Source: Amoebidium appalachense (lineage: Eukaryota > Protista > Ichthyosporea). Taken from it: a DNA stretch of 64,000 nt. The notes below the pieces were generated by a model. The model made no database searches, was not told the DNA's origin, and saw only the letters and a list, made by a program, of their open reading frames with translations. The DNA lies in the NCBI GenBank assembly GCA_963693365.1, contig CAVNZM010000001.1, positions 6,774,907-6,838,906 of the forward strand, given 5' to 3'. A program made the position numbers and the translations under genes. Positions 54,128 through 64,000 of the stretch are shown piece by piece (position 1 is the stretch's first letter; the number at the start of each line of letters is the position of its first letter).

Positions 54128-57100
54128 ACTATGATCAAGTTGAACTGCGATGTAAGCAACAACGGACAGGCAGCCTCTATCCCCCCCCCCCCTTCCCCCC
54201 TTCAACCGCAAAAAAGGTGGGGAGAGGGAGGGAGGGTGGGGGGGGGGGGGGGGGGAAGGAAAGGGGGGGGGGGGGGGGGGAGAGAGAGAGAGAGAGAGAG
54301 AGAGAAATGAATTGCAACAAGGGGGGGGTACAAGAAAGAAATGAAATGCAACAGCCCCCTTCCACCAAAAAAAAAAAAAAGAAAAAAAAAGAAAGAAAGA
54401 AAGAAGGAAGGAAAGAAAGAAAGATTGACGACACCCTGAAATGCAACCCCACTACCGATTGTTAAACAGTCTACCACATACACCATATACCCGCCAACAC
54501 ACATGCGCCATATCTTACCTTGCACACAGACCGGCAGGGCTGGAAACACCACCCACACATAGGCCCCTTTCATCCTTTGTCTCCCTAGACACACCCTCAG
54601 TCCGATTGGTTAACACCTTGTCTCCCTCGACCTCTTCACCACCACCGTTCAAAAGCTGGGACATAGGGTCCCTCACTCCTCCCACCTTTGTCTCCTTTTC
54701 GTTGGTTATGTTATCCCCACGATCAGAAAAGTGGGGTAATGCAGAAAATGTAAACGCCCTACGACCCATTCCACGTTGGTTTTCATGTGCGACAGTTTGT
54801 ATTTCTGTATCACTTTTCACCACATTTCCACTGTGTGTGTGCAACATTGAATTATGTACTTTACCCCAAAACCCGCGCGTTGTTTTGGCAGGATCCGGAG
54901 GTGAGGAATCGTTGGGATGAAAACCGATTGCAGCAGATTGTGTAGTTTGCGTGTGTGTTGGTGGGATTTGTGGTGTTTTTGGTGCGTGCACTAACTGTGG
55001 TGTGTGCCGGGGGTTTGCTTGGTTGGGTGAGGTAGGTGTTTGTGGGGTGGTGAGGTCCTTTGTGCTGCGGCGACGGTGGGGGGGGTTTGATCGGGCGGTG
55101 TCTGTGTTGGCTGAAATTGAAACTCGGCCGGTTCCGGTGAGTGGAGAGCTGGGGGAAACTATGTCCTGCAATGGAAAAACGGGAGAGAAATAATGAGAGA
55201 GAGAGGGAAATAGTGTGATTGGCTACTGTACGTAAAATATGCGGGCCTAGTTATGTGCACGCTTGTTGAAAGGTACAGATTAGTGATGTATGAGAGAACA
55301 CGTATTTTACAGGGTTGCCCACATCGTCTCTATGCCTATTTGGCTTTCGGTGAAAGAGGAGTCCGAGGCATAACGGAACAGTGACTGCTGCCTGGGTGGG
55401 TATGTGGGTGGGTAAGGTTTTTTTTTGATTTATTTTTTATGTTATTTCATTTTTATTTTTTATTTTTTTTTTTGGGGGGGGGGGGGGGGGGTTACAAAAC
55501 AGCAACCCCCCCCCCCCCCCCCCAAACACACACACACACACACGTCACACACGTATTCAGAACCTAAAGTAGAAACGTGCCGCCCTTCTGACTTCTAATA
55601 GCGATAAACACAAGACCGTGTGTTGGCAAAAGCGGGAGGAAAATCAAGGAGTGCTAGGTCACGGGGGGCAGGCCAAGAGAGGGGGGGGGGGGGGGGGGGG
55701 GGATCAGCCGTAGTTAGTAGAAAAAACACATAGCAAATCAATAGGGCACCAGAGAGCCACACACGTAGAGTTGCACCAATCAGATGAGACACACTGAGCA
55801 AGTGTCTTTAATAATTAGCCGCACTGCCAAAGCAAAGGGGAGTTGGGGGGGAGGAGTTGGAGGGAAGGGAGGTGGGGGGGGGGGAGGGAGGGGGGGGGGG
55901 GGAGAAGAGGGGAAGTGGGGAGCCAGGGGAGGGGGCTAGAATGTGTCACAGAGTACGAATTGCACATTCACGACACCCAGGGGAGAGGGGAGGGGAGGGG
56001 GGGGGCAACCTTTGCACCATAGGAGCTTCTTCTCCTTCTTAGACTCATCATCCGTTCCAACGGACTACGCACAGGCGATTGAGACACCTGTTCGCTACCC
56101 GGGGGGGAGATAGAGGTGATGGGTGTGTACGTGTCTGTTTCCTCCCCGGATGTGTTTTCATGTGAGGAAGACGTTGGGCTGCAAAGGCACGAGGCAAGTC
56201 TTTCCATGGAAGAGATGGGGTGACGGGGAAGGCTGTCGGAGTGGCAGCGGGGGAAGGCAAATGTGCTTGGCAACCTGATAGGGTCCGGTTTTTGTGTTTT
56301 TGTTTAGTGCAATTTTCAAATGTGCGCGTGTGTGGGGGGGGAGGGGGGGGGGAGGGGGGGAGAGGAGGGGGGCGTGTGTGTGTGGGGAGGTGGGGAGTGG
56401 GGCGAGGATTGAGGGAGGGAGGGAGGATGGGGAAACGGAGGCAATGATTGGACGGAGTAGAGAAGGCAGGATGAGTCAGAAACGCAGGGTCCTTTTTTTC
56501 TTTTTTTTCTTTTTGTGGGTGTGTGTGCATGTGTGTACATGTGTGTGTGTGTACGCGTGTGTGCATGTGCGTGTGCGTGCACACGTGTATGTTTGTGTGT
56601 GTGTGTGACTGCGATGGTGTGTGTGTGTGTCTGTGGTGGAGGTAAGGGGGGGGAGGGGGGAGGGCGGAGGAAGGAGTGGAGGGGGGGGGGGGGGGGGGGG
56701 GGGGGTCGGAAGAGATTTGAAGTGTAGGAAAAGGGACACTGGCAGTCGTGTTTATTCAAAAAAAAATTGCCATTACATTTTGTTGATGGCTTCCATTGGT
56801 AAGTTGGGGAATATGATGAAAGAAATTGGGTTTGGTGTGGGTAGGGAGGATGAAGATGGTGGTCATGGTGGTGGCAGTGGTGGTGGTGGTGGTGAGAAGG
56901 GGGGGGGGGGGGGGGGGGAGGGGGGGAGGGGAGGGGAGGGGAGGAGGGGGGGAAGGGGGGGGGGGGGGGGGGGGGATACGTAAGGAAATTCTTACACAAG
57001 GGTGCACTGTGATGCTTAAGATACAAGACAATGAAGACTATAAAATATCGGGGCAGAGGAGGACAGATTAAACTACCTTTTCAAAAGCGACAGGTAGAGG

Positions 57101-57317
57101 GATAGGCACAACGCATATACTTGTATACATCAACTGAAGTTCTATACATACAAGTGAGACTTGGCAGATAAGAAAAAATCAATAGGAAGAGTTAAGTTTT
57201 CCAGAAGCGTCAAACCACACATACAGGACCGGACAAGTGGGAAGGATAGGGGAGGGAGTACCGGGGTGCATATGGAAGCAGGGTTGGGTGTGTGGGTTTG
57301 GGTTTGTGAGTGAGTGA

Positions 57318-57378
<61 letters not shown>

Positions 57379-58075
57379 GGGGGGGGGAGGGGAGGGGGGG
57401 CGGGGGGGCGGGGGGAGGGAGGGGGGGGGTCACTCACGCTTGCTGAGTTGCATTGCCCCCGGGAGAGGTTCTCGGGCCTGGGCTTTTGGAACGACGAGAA
57501 ATGGCAAGATTGGGCTCACTTAGACACCGCCGTGGGGAACGGAAATCTCTTTGTTGCTCGGAAGGTCGGTGTGTGCCAAGATTAGGCAACGAACGACGTG
57601 TTCGATCACCCGCACCTGTCCAGCGGGAAAAGACATTCTGGATTCTTCGTAGGAAGCTCCTTCCAGAAGACCTCCTTCTACCAGGTTCGACGATCTCATG
57701 TTCTGACACAGATGCCATTGCTTCATTTGGGAACGCAGGCTCTTGTGAACCCTCTACGAAAGTGTGAGTAGAGATCTTTTGTGTAAAGTCAAGGCCACCA
57801 CCACTATTTTTCCGTTCCTTGGGCATGGGGATCTCTCCTGCACCTGAACTCCGTTTTCTTTCTTTGTTTCCTGTTGAAGCACATTCGAGGATTCCGGCAC
57901 TCGTTCGTCGTTCTTTTCCCCTCGTTGAAGCTTGGCCCTCAAAGCTTGGCCTCCTTTCTTTCTTTGTGTTCGGACCTCCTACGCTAGCTTTTCGCTCTCG
58001 CTTGTAATTAGATCTAAGCATGTCAAACGAACTCGATGCTCGTCGTGATTCGTTGCTAGCAGTCTTCATCTTCAC
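52598..58075 (-). CDS. Multi-exon Ser/Arg/Pro-rich, probably disordered protein with many RRxS motifs; no recognised domain
   Basis: Coding-like blocks at ~58075-57438, 56276-56010, 55165-54519 and ~53250-52598 have GT/AG borders, and the first three join in phase. The junction to the last exon is unresolved. Confidence 0.65.
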
Positions 58076-59857
58076 ATCTGAGTCCCTTTATTACGTCAAA
58101 GTTCTGTTTTCGCCAGGTGAAAGTCAAAAGTCACTACTAGAAAATATGGTGACGGGCATTGGGTACAGATAGTTGACAGCATGCACATGTTCCCTTCAGC
58201 GAACCTGTCGAATCTAAGCTGAGCCCATGGCCTTGTAGGACCAACAAGGCTACTTGGCTGGTCAAAAAAATAATAACCATGCAAAAATTTAGAAAGGAAA
58301 TCTTTTGCTCACTATTTATCACCACAGATGCCAATAACAAAAGAAAATGTTCTGTCCTAGCTCATGATCAGGTGGGAGGATCCCAAATCTGACAAGGCAC
58401 AAGTCATTTAAACATTTCTAACGGCACCTTCGGCTATGCAGGGAGCAGGGAAATGCAACTGCAGGGATTCATTTCAAAGCCACACAAAGTTCTTGTTTAG
58501 AAGAACATGGTTTCAATATCAAGCGACCACCAGAACAAACACTTTCCCCACTGAAATAAACAGAAAAGAAGGTCGAAGGGATAACTTCACTCACGGGCCT
58601 GCAACAGCCTGCAGCCAGGCCCATACTACCCGAAGATTGCGATGTCAGGGTTGTAATCAGCGTTTCTGTATTCACTTTTTGAGCTGTAACTATCGAGAAA
58701 TCATGTGTACAATTCGATGTTAAAACTGGTACAATACCGGAAACCGATTATTCGCTCCCTATTACGTTATTTTGTTCAAGCCTGGGCAAGGAAATTCCGT
58801 GTGCAAGATCTACATGTATGATTGGCCCATCTAAATATCAGTGATGCGCAATAATCCAATCAGTAGTACGCTGTTGAGATTCGTGGAATTCCCTTTGGGG
58901 CATAGCCAATGCTATTAGCCACATCACCGCCGTCGCCACATCAGCTGGCGTGCACATGTGTTTCAGTATGTGTGTGTGTATGTGTATGTGTGTGTGTGTG
59001 TATGTGTGCGTGTGTGCGTGTGTGTGTGTACGTGCACGTGTGCATATGTGTGTAGGTGTGCACGTGTGCGTACGTGTGTGTGTGTGTGCGCGCGCGTGTT
59101 TTGGTTGGGGCCGGGTGGGTTGCTGCTCGGTTTGTCGTTACAGTGTTGCAATTGGGAGGCACGGAGAAGAAATGGGGGGCATCTGGCCAAGAGTGATAAT
59201 TCAAAAAATTAGGATTTTCTGGGAAGGAATTGCGGGCCCAATCAGATGGCTCAAATAATCATTTATCGAGAAGGAATTGCGGGCCCAATCAGCTAATAAA
59301 ACTTAAGATAATCCGAATTCCTCCGGCGCCCAATCAATCGATCAAATGCCGTGAGCCAGCTCCATTTGATTCGTTTGAGCCAGAGTATGGCAACTTTTAT
59401 TTTAGGGAAGCTGCGATGCCATCGTATTCAAAGGGAAAAAAAAAGCACTTAACAGCACAATTGCTATCTTTTTTTTTTTTTTTTTTCCTCCCATAAAACA
59501 CATTTTGATGTAGTATTTTGTATTACATTTGGCTGCTTTTGTGCGAAAAATACATATTATGTAGCATAAACAGATGCCGTTTGTGCACGATAAAACTTTG
59601 CGCTGAAACCATTTTTGTTGCCCCACTCTTGATAACGGCTTGAGCGGAGTGACCAAAATGGAAGGAGATCGGAATGCGCCGTAACCAGGGAAAAGCGATA
59701 TCACTATTCGGCCCTATGGAGGGGGAAAGGGGCTAGGAAAGGGGACACCCTGACACTAGTGACAAGTGATGGGACAAGTACTGAATTGGGACCTGTCGCG
59801 TTCGAACCTGCAGAGACCGGGACGTGTACAGTACCACGAATTCGAACATGGACATAA

Positions 59858-60554
59858 GGGCGTATTTGGCAGCGTATATATCGTCTTTTCATCGTATTCG
59901 TCTTTTCGGCGAAGAGACGAATACGAATATGTGTCATGCCAAACGCGCCACAGGTTTCAATTTACGCAAAAGACGATTGACATCGCTCTGAATACGTATT
60001 TTCGTAAATAACCTCCGGAGGTGATTTTCGAAAAGACGAAATAACTTTAAGCCAATCACAAGCAAAGTGAACTTCTATTGGATCACTTTAATATCCAATT
60101 CAATATTCGCACGGCAGCACACCTTTTATGGTTATTTTGCTTGAGGTTGGTGGAAATCGGTTCAGTGTCTGTTCTTTTCCCCAGTATAACTTTTTACAAT
60201 AAAATTAGATAATGAATATTATTATAAAAATATATTATTATCTATATTCATATAAAGCTGAAAAAATACGCCCGATGTTGACTTTAATTATACTTCGAGG
60301 TAATAAATGTGTGTTATTTTCGGTTTGCACCCCTTTGCCCAATCAAGCATCTGAAACATACAACTTTCAGCATTCCACTGATGAAACTTAAATACGATCA
60401 GGCGGGCTCAACTTTCGTGTTTAGGCGTGTTTGGCGCGCCATAATCGTATTATTGCCCCTAAATAGAATACCACAAAATAATTCTATAAACACGATTAAT
60501 CGTCTTTTCGCCCTAAATACGAATACGATTTTTGGGTGGCTGCCAAACACGCCC
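59858..60554. mobile_element. Tourist/PIF-Harbinger-like MITE (~700 bp)
   Basis: TIRs GGGCGTATTTGGCAGC and GCTGCCAAACACGCCC, shared subterminal ATCGTATTCGT..GGCGAA.AGACGA, AT-rich interior. The flanks are TAA (left) and TTT (right), an imperfect TSD. Confidence 0.78.
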
Positions 60555-61921
60555 TTTTAGGGAATGGCGAGGGTATTGGTAAATTATATAAGTTAAATTT
60601 GCCCGGGCCGGGAAGCCTTTGTTGCGGATATTTTGCGCAATAGATTGTATCAGGCCGAACTCATGAGTTCACCAGAGTAGTGATCACTATCTATGCTATG
60701 CCTTTTCAACATGAACCCTAGGCCTAAGGAAGCTTACTCATGCACAGTGCACAGTACTCCTCTACTCCTGTGCTGATCACAAGTCTGCCAGGTAGTCACG
60801 TGATCAAACACGTGCACGTGTTGCAGCAGATGATCACTGAGAGCTACTATGATGCATAAGGAAGGTGCTTGAATACACCCACGCATGCTCGACAATGTTC
60901 AGATGTTAGCATTCCCGGTTTGCGGAATGTGTTTCATTACTTTGTACTAATTACATCGCACATATTTTGCTTATGCCAACGAAGTGGTTTCGTGACCAAG
61001 GGGTTACCACGGTCGCTAAGGGCTGGTGCGGGTGTACAATGTACATACCCACGAAATTCCACAGGAAAATGGGTGCCACTGGCTACTGGGTGGTTCACCA
61101 TTGCATTCCACAGTTGCTTTATGGTGCTCTATAGGCCAATGAAAAGATAGATTAATCTACAGACATCGATAAGGAAACCCAATCATAATAGCGCTCTCCA
61201 GCAAACAGCACTCCCAAGAATAGATGAAAGTGGGTGTTTTTGTTTAGTTCCACATTTTCACACCATGGTCATGAATGGTTACATGCACCATAACACTGGA
61301 TTGCCGTTCACAAAAAGCAGTATACGGATAGAAGAATACTGTATATTCAGCAAAATGATAATTATTCTGGGAAATAAATAAAATATGTGACAATATATCT
61401 TGAGTGTGTAATTGCATGTAATCCAAAGTGACCCCATGGTTTCTTTGCTCTCAGATTTTTTGGAAAGTTCGCCATATTCACCGTTGTCGTCTGGAATGCA
61501 GTGGGTACATGGATACTCCCAAACAAGCAGTAGAACATGTGTTTCCTAAAAATTCCTCCACCACAACGTTGAAGTGAAACATGAGAATCACCTCGCCAAG
61601 AAGAAAAGTGACCAAACGGGCACAGCAAACATTCAATGAAATTTTAGGAATTCGACCACTTTTCATTCCATCTTTTCCGTTCTAAAAGACCAAAAGAGCT
61701 ACCACTTGTTTGGTGCGCAGATTGTGGTCATCATCTTTTCACATCTCTGATGCGCCGATCTCTGAAAAGTTATCCCTCACGCAGGAGCAACTCTCTGTAG
61801 TGCGAGAGCCGACCAGTTTTTGACTATTGTCAAGTTTCTTTAATCACATCGAAGTCAAAAATCTCTCACAAACGCGATATATGTCGTCATGGCGTGAAGA
61901 CAGACGCGCATTCCCTTCAAC

Positions 61922-62851
61922 ATGGTTCCATACTCCCTTGCACCAAACGAGGAGGCGACGCTTATCCTTGCACAACGCATCAGTTCAGCACTTGGGCTCA
62001 CGGGTGCCACTTTCTCGCTTATTTTCAGCAGCAGAATTAGAGGCATCGCATACAAGACTAGTCATGGGAAACTGGCGCGGCATCTTATCTTTGTAAACTA
62101 TTGTGTTTCGGAGGTTATCAATAATGGTGCGATGCTGACTGCTTCATGGGCAAATAAGAATGAGGTGGCGTGCAAGATACAGGTATGAAGGATTTGGCCG
62201 GCTCCTGTCAGCTTAAATGGTGATTCTCTAGGCACACAAAAGTTTGCGTGTCTGCACAGTGACTTGTGTAATCGTTCAGCTGATGCTTCTTGGCATGAGA
62301 AAGCTCTTCGTTGTTCTTTATCTATTCTCGTCTCTGTGTCTCCCAATGATAAGCACTGCTCAAAGATGTTGTGGGCATCTTTGCATTTTCGGCTGCTACT
62401 GCTGTTGGATGCTTTACATGGCTTCCACATAATACCCTCGCCCATATTCCATCCATACCCTTTCCTCCCCATCACCATCACTACCATCACCACCATCCCA
62501 CCACCCATCTACGCACACACACGGACCACAAGGAGATACTCTTTATCTTTAGCTTAGTAAAGTTTTAGAGTTGGGACAGACCACAATATGGTGAGAAAAC
62601 AAGAGAAATGTTCATGATAGCTGAACGGGAATAAAGATGGAGTAAATACCCCCGCCCCTCCCCCGCCCCCTCTCCCCCCCGCGGGGGGGGGGGGGGGGAG
62701 AGAGAGAGAGAGAGAGAGAGAGAAGAGAGAGAAGGGGGGGGAGGGGGGGGGGGGATGGAGGATAAGGGGTGAGGGTGTGTGCTGCTTGTTTGCGTGCATC
62801 TATTACACTGTGTGGTTGTGTGTGTAAAAAAAATGGTGGTGCCGGATGGCT

Positions 62852-62882
<31 letters not shown>

Positions 62883-63294
62883 GGGGGAGGGGGGAAGATG
62901 GGGGGGGGGGGGGGGGGGGGGAGGGGGGGAGGGGGGAGCTTGCTTTTTTGCTACCATTCAGGGGTTTAGCTGTGTTGAAAAACATGGGCAAGATGGTTTC
63001 GAGACTCGAGACTCCTGTGATGTATGACTATTGCTGAGGATGGCAGGAAGAAAGGGATTCATTGTGGTGGGTGGGCCCGGAGTAAGTTCGTGGGGGTGGG
63101 GTGGGGAGGAGGGGGTGAAGGGGGAGGGTACATCGGTGGTAGGAAACGGTTGAGGCACGGCCCGGTTATACCATGGGGAGGGATTCTGAACGGGTGGTGG
63201 TATGTACTGGTGGTGTGTGTGTGTGTGTGTGTGCGTGTGTGCCAGTGAGGCCAGGTGTGTACGTGTGCGTGCGTTTGTGTGTGTGTGTGTGTGC

Positions 63295-63336
<42 letters not shown>

Positions 63337-64000
63337 AGGGGGGGGGGGGAGGGGGGGGGGGGCAGGGGGAAGAGATGCAGGTTGAAGGGCGGGTAAGAGG
63401 CCCGTGTTGTACAAATTTTCCGACGTAACTTCTTCGCCCCCCCTCCCCCCCTCCCCTTTCCCTCCCTCAACCTTTCACACGCCCTTTCCGAAGGTTTTTT
63501 CCTGCCCTAGATCTCCTTTCCTCATATTTCTAATTCCTCTTTCCACACCACCACCACCATCCCCCCCCCCCCCCCCCCACCCCCTGCCAAACCCCCCCTC
63601 CCCCCCCCCCCCCCCCCCCCCCACACACACACACCTCTGCCCATGCTCACGCTCCCACCCATTCCAACCACATCCAGGGATTTGCACTGGTGTTGAGTGG
63701 TGGAGGAATCCACTGGACTACTGCCTTGGTTGTGGACATGTATCTGCACCTGGGGAGAAGATGGGGGGAGGAGGCCCTATTGAGCATGCTCCCAATATAC
63801 TACTTGTTGGGGTGGGTAATGCCTTTAGTCATCGCGTGTATCGTTTTGGGGCTCGACGCGTACGGCGTGCGGATAACATGGTGTTGGGTGGGTGAAAACC
63901 ACAGCGGGATAGAGCTGTGGGTTCACTATGTGTGGCTATGGACAGCGACGTTGTTTGCGATTTACGCCACGCTGAATCTGACGAGGATGGTCGTGCGGAT
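61922..64000 (+). CDS. 7TM GPCR, cAMP-receptor-like/GCR1 family (3' partial)
   Basis: Exon 61922-62182 (...NEVACKIQ) splices in phase 0 to 63678->64000 ([22 protein letters not shown]...YYLLGWVMP...[11 protein letters not shown]). This gives the CxIQG, W..A..Y, GW..P and WCW motifs. Confidence 0.85.

Noticed and set aside
62230-62450. Possible extra GPCR exon
   Set aside because: Exon 1 joins 63678 directly to give the intact C.IQGF motif, and no phase-compatible insert improves the model.

Overview
This is eukaryotic, intron-rich DNA. Introns are packed with poly-C/G tracts and (CA)n/(GA)n microsatellites, and most ORFs in the supplied track are translations of these repeats. The retrotransposon PBS matches an animal-type tRNA-iMet 3' end, which fits a holozoan-like host, but the organism cannot be determined from sequence alone. 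Manual exon joining gives the following. (1) 1-23.5 kb: a head-to-head gene pair. A >=14-exon minus-strand gene fuses a ParB/Srx-fold domain to a beta-class amino (N6A/N4C) DNA methyltransferase-like domain with a variant DPPA motif, and it runs off the window's left edge. A 7-exon, ~1050-aa plus-strand gene encodes a DUF7869/Sola-like DDD transposase with a C-terminal BAH/PWWP-like beta-barrel. The pair is most likely one large DNA transposon carrying its own DNA-modification module, and it is the main candidate novel system. (2) 24-28 kb: a decayed APC amino-acid permease copy and an intact, intronless TDT/SSU1-family transporter. (3) 30.8-49.4 kb: a Ty3/Gypsy LTR retrotransposon with identical 213-bp LTRs, a 4-bp TSD, defective ORFs and a WW-like integrase tail. 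It is interrupted by an 8.9-kb non-autonomous CACTA/EnSpm-like element. (4) 52-58 kb: a low-complexity Ser/Arg-rich gene with an in-frame TAA. (5) A Tourist/PIF-like MITE and the 5' part of a cAMP-receptor/GCR1-like GPCR gene.
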